DNA from: Clostridia bacterium
Lineage (GTDB): Bacteria; Bacillota; Clostridia; TANB77; CAG-508
Length of the DNA stretch: 64,000 nt
Assembly: GCA_900752335.1 (NCBI GenBank)
Contig: CAADUZ010000001.1
Location: forward strand, 1,772 to 65,771
Direction: 5' to 3'
In this document: positions 1 to 9,264 of the stretch, piece after piece
How positions within the stretch are numbered: the first letter of the stretch is position 1
Layout of the letters: each line of letters starts with the position of its first letter
Position numbers and translations under genes: made by a program
Notes under the pieces: generated by a model
The model's database searches: none
What the model was told of the DNA's origin: nothing
What the model saw: only the letters and a program-made list of their open reading frames with translations

Positions 1-128
1 GTTATTGATATTGTTGCTAAAATAATTAATATTATTATTGTTATTACTAGTGCTATCAGCGTTATTCCTAGCTCACTTTTACTATTTCTTTTCACATGCA
101 TTTTTGTATTTCTAATCTGTTCTATCAT
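1..128 (-). CDS. Prepilin-type N-terminal (pseudopilin-like) protein; only the 5' end is present and the gene runs off the left edge
   Basis: Too short for the ORF track. The ATG at 128 is preceded by an AAGGGGA RBS. It reads MIEQIRNTKMHVKRNSKSELGITLIALVITIIILIILATISI with no stop down to position 1. The G-ITLIALVITIII helix resembles the prepilin cleavage/methylation motif. Confidence 0.4.
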   Translation of the reverse strand, partial: MIEQIRNTKMHVKRNSKSELGITLIALVITIIILIILATISI

Positions 129-364
129 TTTCTTTCCCCTTTCTTATGTACATTTCCTTTAATTATTTTTATCTTTTTGTATATTTTTATTCATTTTGTT
201 TAATACTATTTTTTAAATAATATTATAGGCAAAATAATTTTATTTGGATATTTCCGATTAGTCATATTTTAAAACAACTTGTTTTAAAAGTCAATATAGC
301 ATAAAAAAATAGCGGAGATTTGAACTGAACCCAAAAAGTTAGACGCTTTTTGATTAAGTTTATA

Positions 365-1165
365 TTAGGCTACTTTTAGGGAATGGATTCTGTAATTTAC
401 AGGACTCATTCCTTTTAATTTGCCTTTAATCCTTTTATTATTATAGTAATCTATATATTCAATTAATTCTTTTTTAAAATGTTCTATTGATTCAAAATTC
501 TGTAAATACAATAATTCAGATTTTAATAATCCAAAGAAATTTTCAGCTACAGAATTATCTAAACAATTACCTTTTCTAGACACACTTTGTTTAATTCCTT
601 TTTTCTCTAAAGCATATTGATATTGTTTCATTTGATATTGCCATCCTTGGTCTGAATGTAATATTAAATTGGTATTATCTGGTATTTTGTTAAAAGCTTT
701 TTCTAGCATATCCATAACTTGATAAAATACTGGTCTTTCAGAAATGTTGTAGCTAACAACCTCCCCATTAAACAAATCAATTATTGGAGACAGATAAATT
801 TTAGTTCCAAAAAGAGAAAATTCAGTAACATCTGTAACCCACTTTTGGTTAGGTTTATTAGCTTTAAAATCGCGTTTTAACAAATTATCACATATTTTAC
901 CAATTTCACCTTTATATGATTTATACTTTTTCATTCTTACAAAACATTGTAATCCTAATTCTCTCATAAGTTTTAAAACTGTTTTATGATTAATTACATA
1001 GTTTCTATTATGAAGTTCCATTGTAATTCTTCTATATCCATATCTACCTTTGTTTTCATGATAAATAGCTGTTATCTGTTCTTTAATCTCTTTATATTTA
1101 TCTTCTTTTTTAAATTGTTTAAGATAGTAGTAATATGTACTTCTTGGCATTTCTGCTAATTTCAA
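365..1165 (-). CDS. IS3-family transposase OrfB (rve/DDE integrase core), probably made as an OrfAB fusion by -1 frameshifting
   Basis: Carries the motifs HSDQGWQY and NSVAENFFGLLKSE typical of the rve integrase core. The OrfB frame stays open upstream as far as the A AAA AAA slippery site at 1261-1267. Confidence 0.85.
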   Translation of the reverse strand: MKLAEMPRSTYYYYLKQFKKEDKYKEIKEQITAIYHENKGRYGYRRITMELHNRNYVINHKTVLKLMRELGLQCFVRMKKYKSYKGEIGKICDNLLKRDFKANKPNQKWVTDVTEFSLFGTKIYLSPIIDLFNGEVVSYNISERPVFYQVMDMLEKAFNKIPDNTNLILHSDQGWQYQMKQYQYALEKKGIKQSVSRKGNCLDNSVAENFFGLLKSELLYLQNFESIEHFKKELIEYIDYYNNKRIKGKLKGMSPVNYRIHSLKVA

Positions 1166-1209
1166 TAAAGCCGTTAACCTATATTTGTGCCTTAATTCTG
1201 TAACGACTT

Positions 1210-1719
1210 CTACTTTTTCTTGTTCTCTCGCTTTATTCTTTCCTGAACTAAGGCATTTAATTTTTTTAAGTATTCATTTTCCATCCTTAATCTTTGATTT
1301 TCAGAAATTAAATCTTCTTCTACTTCTTTAGATAATTTCTTTTTTCTTGGTTTAGAACTCATATTCTTTTTTCTACCACGTCGCTCTTCATAGAGTGCTT
1401 GTGGCCCTTCCTCATAATATATACGTTCCCATATACCAACTCTATCTTGGTTTCCTATATTAAATTTTATACAAGTTTCTAAAAGTGATAAATGGTTTTC
1501 ATGCATATATTCTACAACATATTGTTTGAATTTTCCATCATATTTTTGAAAATTACGTACTAGTCCTTGTGGTCCATGCTCTTGGTATTTTCTTACCCAT
1601 TTTTGAACTATACTATGATGAGAAAGGTTAAAATGATCAGCTGTCGCTTGAAATCCAAAATGCTTTTCTAGGCAATATTGTACTACCTGTAGTTTAAATT
1701 CATGAGAATATTTACTCAT
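1210..1719 (-). CDS. IS3-family transposase OrfA (HTH DNA-binding part)
   Basis: The ORF begins MSKYSHEFKLQVVQYCLEKH and has an HTH plus a C-terminal leucine-zipper-like LKKLNALVQE. A GGAGG RBS precedes the ATG at 1719, so the track start at 1758 is probably too far upstream. Confidence 0.8.
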   Translation of the reverse strand: MSKYSHEFKLQVVQYCLEKHFGFQATADHFNLSHHSIVQKWVRKYQEHGPQGLVRNFQKYDGKFKQYVVEYMHENHLSLLETCIKFNIGNQDRVGIWERIYYEEGPQALYEERRGRKKNMSSKPRKKKLSKEVEEDLISENQRLRMENEYLKKLNALVQERIKRENKKK

Positions 1720-1856
1720 TAAAAATACACCTCCAAATGTTAGATTTTTGTCTAACATTTGGGGTGCACTTCAATTATTTCTCTGCTATTTTTTATAGTT
1801 ATTATGCTATTTTAGTTTTGCTTAAATTGAATTCATTTTATCTTATATATATTTTT

Positions 1857-3725
1857 TTACTCTAACTCAAATGCACCTGTATATAATTGATAATATACGC
1901 CTTTTAAGTCTATTAAGTAATCGTGTTCTCCTCTTTCTATAATTCTTCCATGGTCTAAAACCATAATTGCCTTTGCATTTCTTACAGTTGAAAGTCTATG
2001 TGCTATTACAAACACTGTTCTGCCTTCCATTAATTTGTCCATACCATCTTGAACTATTTTTTCTGTTCTTGTATCTATTGAGCTTGTTGCTTCGTCTAGT
2101 ATCATTACAGGTGGGTTATTTACTGCAACTCTAGCTATTGATAGAAGCTGTCTTTGTCCTTGTGATAGTTCTGAACCATTGCCTGTAAGCTTTGTGTCAT
2201 AGCCTTTTGGTAATCTTTCTATAAAGTCGTGTGCATTTGCAAGTTTGGCTGCTGCTATTACTTCTTCGTCTGTTGCATGTTCGTTACCATATTTTATGTT
2301 TTCTTTTATTGTTCCTGTAAATAGGTTCGTATCTTGTAAAACTATTCCTAATGACCTTCTTAAGTCTGCTTTTTTTATTTTGTTTATGTTAATTCCATCA
2401 TATCTAATTTTTCCATCTTCTATGTCATAGAATCTGTTTATTAAGTTAGTGATGGTTGTTTTTCCAGCACCTGTTGCACCAACGAATGCTATTTTTTGAC
2501 CTGGTTTTGCATATAAGCTTATATCGTGAAGTACTGTTTTTTCTGGTGTATAACCAAAGTCTACATGTTCTAACTCTATATGTCCTTTAAGTTCCACATA
2601 TTCTAGTCTTCCATCATGGTGTGGGTGCTTCCATGCCCACATTCCTGTTCTTTCTTTTACTTCTACTAGTTTGTCGCCTTCTTTTTTAACATTTACAAGT
2701 GTTACATAGCCATTGTCTTGTTCTGGCTCTTCGTCCATCATTTCAAATATTCTGCCTGCACCAGCAAGCGCCATAATAATTGAGTTCATTTGGTTCATTA
2801 CTTGGTTTACTGGTTGTGTAATATTTCTTGTAAGTTGTAAGAAAGATACTATTGTTCCTACTGAAAGCACTAGATTTCCATTTAATGCAAGCACTGTTCC
2901 TACTATAGCTATTAGCACATATTGTAAATTTCCTAAATTGTTTGCAATAGGCATCATTATATTTGAATATTTATGTGCTTTATACATGTCTTCATTTAAT
3001 TTGTCATTTAATTTGTCAAATTCTTCTTTCGCTTTTTCTTCATGTGTAAATACTTTTATAACTTTTTGCCCATTTAACATTTCTTCAATATACCCATTCA
3101 CTTTTCCAAGTGATATTTGTTGGTTTATAAAGTTTTTTGAACTTCTTGCAGCTATTGTTTTTGTTATGAATACTGTTAGAAGTGAAAATACAACTATAAA
3201 TACTGTAAGTACTGGGCTTAAATATGTCATTGCACATAGAATTGCTACTATACTAATTATTGATTGAATACATGTTGGCAAACCTTGTGAAATCATTTGT
3301 CTTAATGTATCTGTATCATTTGTATAATGGCTCATTATATCTCCGTGTGTATGTGTATCAAAATATCTAATTGGAAGTGCTTCCATTTTTGCAAACATTT
3401 CATCCCTTATATCTTTTAGTACACCTTGTGATACTACCGCCATTAGTCTATTGTACAAATATGAGGTTAGCATACCAACAAGATATATTATTATCATAAC
3501 ACCTATAGCACTTAATAAACCTGTGTATACTGGGTTTTCCTGTCCTAAAAGAGGAGTAATATAGTCGTCTATTAATATTTGTAAAAATAGCGAACCTGCA
3601 ACTTGTGCAATACTACTAAATATTATACAGATAAATACGCATATAAATTGCTTTTTATAGCTTTTAGTTATGTATGATAATAATCTTTTTACTGTTCCTT
3701 TTCTTATTTGTATTTTTTTATTCAT
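1857..3725 (-). CDS. ABC exporter, fused permease/ATPase, canonical half of a heterodimeric multidrug-type exporter
   Basis: Six-TM domain followed by an NBD. Walker A is GATGAGKTT, the signature is LSQGQRQ, and Walker B is VMILDEATSSID with a catalytic Glu. A GGAGG RBS sits before the MNKKIQ start. Confidence 0.85.
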   Translation of the reverse strand: MNKKIQIRKGTVKRLLSYITKSYKKQFICVFICIIFSSIAQVAGSLFLQILIDDYITPLLGQENPVYTGLLSAIGVMIIIYLVGMLTSYLYNRLMAVVSQGVLKDIRDEMFAKMEALPIRYFDTHTHGDIMSHYTNDTDTLRQMISQGLPTCIQSIISIVAILCAMTYLSPVLTVFIVVFSLLTVFITKTIAARSSKNFINQQISLGKVNGYIEEMLNGQKVIKVFTHEEKAKEEFDKLNDKLNEDMYKAHKYSNIMMPIANNLGNLQYVLIAIVGTVLALNGNLVLSVGTIVSFLQLTRNITQPVNQVMNQMNSIIMALAGAGRIFEMMDEEPEQDNGYVTLVNVKKEGDKLVEVKERTGMWAWKHPHHDGRLEYVELKGHIELEHVDFGYTPEKTVLHDISLYAKPGQKIAFVGATGAGKTTITNLINRFYDIEDGKIRYDGININKIKKADLRRSLGIVLQDTNLFTGTIKENIKYGNEHATDEEVIAAAKLANAHDFIERLPKGYDTKLTGNGSELSQGQRQLLSIARVAVNNPPVMILDEATSSIDTRTEKIVQDGMDKLMEGRTVFVIAHRLSTVRNAKAIMVLDHGRIIERGEHDYLIDLKGVYYQLYTGAFELE

Positions 3726-5460
3726 CTGTATCTCCTCCTTTCGTTTGAGATTCATATACTTCCTTGTATATTTCATTATTTTTTAGTAATTCTTCATGTG
3801 TGCCAATTCCGTTTATTTTGCCATTGTCCATAACAATTATCTTATCGCAGTCTTCTACTGACGAGATTCTTTGTGCGATAATTATTTTTGTTGTATTTGG
3901 TATTTCTTCTCTGAATGCTTTTCTAATTAAACTATCTGTTTTTGTGTCAACCGCACTTGTAGAATCGTCCAATATTAATATTTTTGGGTGTTTTAAAAGA
4001 GCTCTTGCAATACATAGTCTTTGTTTTTGTCCACCAGACACGTTTGTACCACCTTCTTCAATATATGTGTTATATCCATCTGGGAATTGAGATATGAACT
4101 CATCTGCTTGTGCTAGTTTGCACACTCTTTTTACGTCTTCGTCTGTAGCATTTTCGTCACCCCATTTGATATTTTCTGTAATTGTTCCAGAAAATAATAC
4201 ATTTTTTTGTAAAACGCATGCTACTTGGTTTCTTAATGATTCTATATGATATTTCTTTACATTTTGGCCGCCTACTAGAAGTTCTCCTTCTGTTACGTCA
4301 TATAGCCTTGGTATTAAGTTTACCAAACTAGATTTTCCACTACCAGTTCCACCAATTATTCCAACGGTTTCTCCTGATTTTATTTTTAAATTAATGTCTT
4401 TTAAGCATTCCTTTTTCTTATCTTTTACATAGCTAAAGCTTACATTTTTATATTCTATGCTTCCATCCTTTACTTCCATTATTGGTTTTTTAGGATCATG
4501 TATATCTGATTGTGTATCTAATACTTCTACAATTCTTTCTGCTGATGATTTAGATATTGCTATCATAACCATTACCATAGAAAGCATCATTAAGCTTGAT
4601 AGTATTTGTATTGAATATGTAAACATTGTCATAAGTTCACCTGTTGTAAGCTCTGTCATTCCTGTTTGAATGATTATTTTTGCACCAAACCATGAAATTC
4701 CTAAAATGCAAGAGTAAATTGCAAATTGCATTAAAGGACTTGTAAGTGCCATAATTTTTTCTGCTTTGCTAAAGTCATCAAATATGCTTTTCGATACTTT
4801 TCCAAATTTTTTCTTTTCTTTTTCTTCTATTACAAAAGATTTAACCACTCTAATTCCCGCAACATTTTCTTCTACAACATTGTTTAAATCATCATATGTT
4901 CTAAATACCCTCTTCATAATAGGGTGTACTCTTGTTATTATGAAAAATAGTCCTATTGCTAATATTGGTATTATTACCAAAAATACTAATGATAGTTTTG
5001 GGCTTATTGATATTGCGAAAAATAGTGAAGTTACTAACATAAGTGGGGTTCTTATTGCAATTCTTATAATCATTTGAAATGCAAATTGAACGTTTGTTAC
5101 GTCTGTTGTAAGTCTTGTTACTAAACTACTTGTAGAAAATTTGTCTATGTTTATAAAAGAAAAATCTTGTACTTTGTAGTATAAATCTTTTCTTAAATTT
5201 TTAGCAAAACCTGATGAAGCTTCTGCTGCAAATTTTCCTGATAATACACCAAAAAGTAGCGATAATACAGCACATAAAATTAGTTCTAACCCTATTTTAT
5301 ACACCATATTCATTTCTCCGCCATATACACCATCATCTATTAAGTTAGCCATTAATAGTGGTATTATTATTTCTAATACAACTTCTATTGCTACGCAAAC
5401 TGGTGTTAATATACTGGCTTTTTTGTATTCTCTTATTGATTTGCTTAATTTCTTTATCAT
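3718..5460 (-). CDS. ABC exporter, fused permease/ATPase, degenerate-site half of the heterodimer
   Basis: Walker A is GGTGSGKSS, the signature is VSGGQKQR, and Walker B is ILILDDSTSAVD, with Asp where the catalytic Glu would be. It overlaps the downstream partner by 8 nt. Confidence 0.85.
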   Translation of the reverse strand: MIKKLSKSIREYKKASILTPVCVAIEVVLEIIIPLLMANLIDDGVYGGEMNMVYKIGLELILCAVLSLLFGVLSGKFAAEASSGFAKNLRKDLYYKVQDFSFINIDKFSTSSLVTRLTTDVTNVQFAFQMIIRIAIRTPLMLVTSLFFAISISPKLSLVFLVIIPILAIGLFFIITRVHPIMKRVFRTYDDLNNVVEENVAGIRVVKSFVIEEKEKKKFGKVSKSIFDDFSKAEKIMALTSPLMQFAIYSCILGISWFGAKIIIQTGMTELTTGELMTMFTYSIQILSSLMMLSMVMVMIAISKSSAERIVEVLDTQSDIHDPKKPIMEVKDGSIEYKNVSFSYVKDKKKECLKDINLKIKSGETVGIIGGTGSGKSSLVNLIPRLYDVTEGELLVGGQNVKKYHIESLRNQVACVLQKNVLFSGTITENIKWGDENATDEDVKRVCKLAQADEFISQFPDGYNTYIEEGGTNVSGGQKQRLCIARALLKHPKILILDDSTSAVDTKTDSLIRKAFREEIPNTTKIIIAQRISSVEDCDKIIVMDNGKINGIGTHEELLKNNEIYKEVYESQTKGGDTDE

Positions 5461-5924
5461 ACAGTTTTTATTCCTCCTTCATTACATTTTATGTTTTTTC
5501 TAATTTTCTCGATAGTACTTAAAAAATTGTTAAGTTCTTCTTCTGATATGTTTTTGGTTATTTCCTCATCTAATTTTTTAAAGGTTTCTTTTACTTCTTC
5601 ATATATTTTTTTGCTTTTTTTAGTTAAAACTATTTTCTTTTGCCTTGCATCATTTTCTGATGCAACTCTTTTAATAACTTCATTCTTTTCCATTGTAAAG
5701 AGCACCCCTGATATTGTTGCTTTTCGCACCTCAAATACTTCTTCTAACTCTTTTTGATATACCTCTCTTTTGTTATTTTCAATTAAGTATTTGGTTATTT
5801 TAGCTTGCAATGGACTTGGATAAAATGATATTTTATTTTCTTTTGCAATAGAAAAAAGCTTTCTGCTTATATCAACATCTAGCTTTTTTAGTTCGTTTGC
5901 AACATAAATTTTCATAACCTCCAT
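5457..5924 (-). CDS. MarR-family transcriptional regulator
   Basis: Winged-helix segment RKATISGVLFTMEKNEVIKRVASENDARQKKIVLT. It overlaps the start of the ABC exporter operon by 4 nt. Confidence 0.8.
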   Translation of the reverse strand: MEVMKIYVANELKKLDVDISRKLFSIAKENKISFYPSPLQAKITKYLIENNKREVYQKELEEVFEVRKATISGVLFTMEKNEVIKRVASENDARQKKIVLTKKSKKIYEEVKETFKKLDEEITKNISEEELNNFLSTIEKIRKNIKCNEGGIKTV

Positions 5925-5965
5925 CCTCTCATTTTTCTTTGCACACTTCTTATTAATAATTAAAA

Positions 5966-6024
5966 TTAGTAAGGTGCTTAACTAATATACCATTTTTAAT
6001 ATTATTAGTCAAGTGCCTTACTAT
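5966..6024. promoter_or_regulatory. Two inverted copies of an approximately 18-bp pseudo-palindromic box upstream of marR (candidate MarR operators)
   Basis: 5966-5985 reads TTAGTAAGGTGCTTAACTAA. 6005-6024 reads TTAGTCAAGTGCCTTACTAT, whose reverse complement TAGTAAGGCACTTGACTA matches the first box. Confidence 0.4.
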
Positions 6025-6046
6025 ATTTTTCACAAAATTTTCACAT

Positions 6047-7204
6047 TTACTTTGAAAATAGTACTTTTTCTGATTTATACTGCTTTATAATATATGTAAA
6101 GATTATTGTTATATATATAATTGTTGAAATTGCCATAAGCGCAATGTTTAGTAAGTCTATGTTTCCAGAAGCTATGTCTGTAAATATCATTGTATAGTTT
6201 AAAAATGGTATTATTGATAATACTGGTGTTGTTTTTAAACCTACCATGAATACTACAAAGCTTGGAAAAAATGATATAAATGTTAATGGCGTTAGTGCAC
6301 TTTGTGCTTCTTTAAATGTTTTTGAAGTGCTTGCAATAGAAATGCAAAGTCCACTTACAAAAATTGAATAAGCTATAATTACTATTATTCCAAATACTAT
6401 GCTAGATGCACTATACATTATATCTACACCTTCATAAATTGAAAACATATCTTTTGCTGCAAATAGCGCTACTATTGCTAAAGCAAAACTTATTAAGCCT
6501 GTTACAATGGATGAAAGTGATACTGCCAAAAATTTTCCTACTATTATATCTTTGCTTTTTATTGGAAATGTTAATAAAGTTTCCAATGTTCCTCTTTCTT
6601 TTTCTCCTGCCGTTGTATCTGTTGCTGGGTATGTTGCAGATACTGTTATTGCCATTATTATGAATAAAAAGGCATAATTTTTAATATAATCTCCAAAATA
6701 ATTATCTTGTTCTAGTGCATTTTGGCTAACTGTGATTATATCCAATACTTTTCCCGCTTCTATCCCATTTTCTTCTAAATATTTGCCCTGCAAGATTTGT
6801 TTATATGAGTTAAAATATTCTTCCATTAAATTACTTGCAAATGTACTATTGTCTGAACCATCAGTATTTATTATATAATTTTTTTCGTTTTTGGTTACAT
6901 ATGCATTAATTTCTTCAGCATCATACTTTTGCTTTAACTCTTCTTCAGTTCCTGTAATTACCTCTATATTCATTTGCTCTGCCAAAGATTTCTCTTCTTC
7001 ACTTAATTCATAGGCAAATCCTATTTTATTATATTCTTCTATGTCTTTATTAGCTTGCATTTCAAAAAGCGCAGACATTCCTATCATAATTAAAGGTATG
7101 AAAATTGGTATTATTAGCATCATAGCTAATGATTTTTTATCTCTAAACAATTCGCGAAGTTCTTTTTTCAGGATATTTATCATGTTATTCTTCATTTGAA
7201 ACAC
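6047..7204 (-). CDS. ABC-2 type transporter permease (NatB-like)
   Basis: N-terminal TM, a large extracytoplasmic loop, then five C-terminal TMs. It overlaps the upstream ATPase gene. Confidence 0.7.
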   Translation of the reverse strand: MFQMKNNMINILKKELRELFRDKKSLAMMLIIPIFIPLIMIGMSALFEMQANKDIEEYNKIGFAYELSEEEKSLAEQMNIEVITGTEEELKQKYDAEEINAYVTKNEKNYIINTDGSDNSTFASNLMEEYFNSYKQILQGKYLEENGIEAGKVLDIITVSQNALEQDNYFGDYIKNYAFLFIIMAITVSATYPATDTTAGEKERGTLETLLTFPIKSKDIIVGKFLAVSLSSIVTGLISFALAIVALFAAKDMFSIYEGVDIMYSASSIVFGIIVIIAYSIFVSGLCISIASTSKTFKEAQSALTPLTFISFFPSFVVFMVGLKTTPVLSIIPFLNYTMIFTDIASGNIDLLNIALMAISTIIYITIIFTYIIKQYKSEKVLFSK

Positions 7205-7943
7205 CTCCTATTAATGCAAAAAAGCTATCTCTCAAATTAGTAGTATTTGTGTCCTTCTTTATGCTATCTGGTGTTCCCGTTTTTATAACTATGCCTTTAT
7301 TTATCATTATTACTTTGTCACAAATATTTTCTGCTTCTTCCATATAGTGTGTTGAATATAAAATAGTTTTACCTTTTTTCTTCTCTTCTTTTATAAAATC
7401 AAGAATTATCTGGCTTGAAATAATGTCCAAGCCTGTTGTTGCTTCATCTAAAATATAATATTTAGGGTTATGCACTAAACACCTTGCTATATTTACTCTT
7501 TGAGTTTGCCCTGTTGATAAATTTGCAATTTTATTATATAAAAATCCTTCCATATTTAATATTTTAGCTAATTCTTTTATTCTTTTCTCGGCTTCGCCTT
7601 TTTCTACTCCATATATATCACTACACATTTTTAATAGTTCATAAACCGAAAGTGTATCATATAACTTTGTGTTTCCTGATAAATATGCAATATTTTGTTT
7701 TATTTCTATTTCATTATTTTTATAATTTAGCCCATCAAATGTGACTGTGCCTTCTGTTGGTTCTAATATTCCTGCTGTTATCCTAAGTAGCGTTGTTTTT
7801 CCAGCACCATTTGGTCCTAAAATCCCAACGATTTCTCCATCATTTGCTTCAAAACTAATATCATTATTTGCTAAAAACTCTTCTTTTTCGGTCTTGTTTT
7901 TATACTTAACAAACTTTTTCTTTACTTTATCTACTTTAATCAT
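7185..7943 (-). CDS. ABC transporter ATP-binding protein (NatA-like)
   Basis: Walker A GPNGAGKTT, signature LSTGQTQR, Walker B YYILDEATTGLD. Confidence 0.8.
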   Translation of the reverse strand: MIKVDKVKKKFVKYKNKTEKEEFLANNDISFEANDGEIVGILGPNGAGKTTLLRITAGILEPTEGTVTFDGLNYKNNEIEIKQNIAYLSGNTKLYDTLSVYELLKMCSDIYGVEKGEAEKRIKELAKILNMEGFLYNKIANLSTGQTQRVNIARCLVHNPKYYILDEATTGLDIISSQIILDFIKEEKKKGKTILYSTHYMEEAENICDKVIMINKGIVIKTGTPDSIKKDTNTTNLRDSFFALIGGVSNEE

Positions 7944-7954
7944 AATTTTCCCCT

Positions 7955-9232
7955 TTATTTTATTATTTCCTCTGGATTCATTGCACTTTCTTTTGGATTA
8001 TCAAATATTATGCACACAAAAGTATCACCAGAATCATATATATAGTCTTGCTCTAAATATACTATTTCTTCACTTTCGTATTCTCTTTCTAATACATAAA
8101 ATGTTTTATTTTCTATTTCTTTTTCTACAACTTCTGCTGCTTCCTCATATTCTGCTGCTATATCCTCTAAAAATTGTTTTGCAGTATATCCTTCGTCAAA
8201 ACCAGATTTATTATTTTGTATTATCATTATCATTTTTTCAAAGTCTTCACTAGTTATAATCGCATCATAGGCTGCTGCATATGGTTTTCCATAGTATTCT
8301 GCTATTTGGTCTTCTGAAAGTTTTATCATATCTTCTTCAAAGTTTAATGTTATATCTGTATTTTCTATTGTATATGACGATATTACCTCTCCCGGTGTAA
8401 TTTCTTCTTCTACTAGTGTATTTGCATTTTCACTATTACCTGGATATGTTTTCGTAAAGTACATAAGTGCTGCTATAGCAACAGCTATTATTAATACTAT
8501 TATAAATATTTTTACATTTGTAAATTCATATCTATAATATGGACTATTTTGTGCTTTTTCTGAAAAATAGTATTTATTTGATTTTTTCTTTATAATATTT
8601 TCTATTCTTAAATATTCAAATATTCTACTGCCTTTATTCTGCCCAAATTCTCTTTGTAAATCTTCTACTATTAGTTCTTTTGCTATTGGATTTTTCTTGC
8701 TTAATGCATCATTTCTTTCAAATACTTCTCTTGCTTTTTCTATGTCTTCATTTGAAAACATTTCATTTTCTACGCTTTTGGTAATAATGCGTATGTCTTT
8801 TACACCATGTTTTATTTGCTTATTTAAGTTATATATTATACAGCCTATTACCAATGTGCAGAATATTAAAGATATTACATAATCTGTAAGAATTACTGAA
8901 GATACTTCTTCTATTTGGTAAATCGTTTTAAATGTTTCAAAAGAAATCGTTACGCCTTCTTTTCCCATGTAGATTAATGGTATTGCTACAAGCATTGTTA
9001 CAGTTATTGCTATAAATGAAACTATTGATAAAATAACTGGCAATTTTTTATCCATTTTCGCTTTTGTTAATTTATATCCATAAAATGCACATACCACAAT
9101 TACCACTGATAGTATTGCGTAAATCATATTTGCAAAAACGTACGAAAGTATCCATGGTATACTTCCTATAACCGCACCTATTAGTGCTCCTATTGTTCCT
9201 ATTACATATCTGTTTTTTACTTTTTCTTCCAT
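7955..9232 (-). CDS. Membrane protein of unknown function (about five N-terminal TMs, one mid-protein TM, acidic C-terminal domain)
   Basis: Long ORF embedded in the ABC operon, 11 nt and 32 nt from its neighbours. No family recognised. Confidence 0.5.
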   Translation of the reverse strand: MEEKVKNRYVIGTIGALIGAVIGSIPWILSYVFANMIYAILSVVIVVCAFYGYKLTKAKMDKKLPVILSIVSFIAITVTMLVAIPLIYMGKEGVTISFETFKTIYQIEEVSSVILTDYVISLIFCTLVIGCIIYNLNKQIKHGVKDIRIITKSVENEMFSNEDIEKAREVFERNDALSKKNPIAKELIVEDLQREFGQNKGSRIFEYLRIENIIKKKSNKYYFSEKAQNSPYYRYEFTNVKIFIIVLIIAVAIAALMYFTKTYPGNSENANTLVEEEITPGEVISSYTIENTDITLNFEEDMIKLSEDQIAEYYGKPYAAAYDAIITSEDFEKMIMIIQNNKSGFDEGYTAKQFLEDIAAEYEEAAEVVEKEIENKTFYVLEREYESEEIVYLEQDYIYDSGDTFVCIIFDNPKESAMNPEEIIK

Positions 9233-9264
9233 AAACTTCTCCTTTTCGTTTTTTATGTATTATA

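Larger units (their letters stand above)
321..1773 (-). mobile_element. IS3-family insertion sequence (IS150-like, about 1.45 kb) with orfA/orfB and terminal inverted repeats
   Basis: IRL at 321-344 is TGAACTGAACCCAAAAAGTTAGAC. The reverse complement of 1750-1773 is TGAAGTGCACCCCAAATGTTAGAC (20/24 identical, TG...CA ends). ATT flanks both sides (318-320 and 1774-1776). Two overlapping-frame transposase ORFs lie inside. Confidence 0.85.

Noticed and set aside
267-289. 23-nt palindrome TTTTAAAACAA-C-TTGTTTTAAAA upstream of the pilin-like gene.
   Set aside because: It is almost pure A/T with very low predicted stability in an AT-rich spacer. It is not distinguishable from chance.
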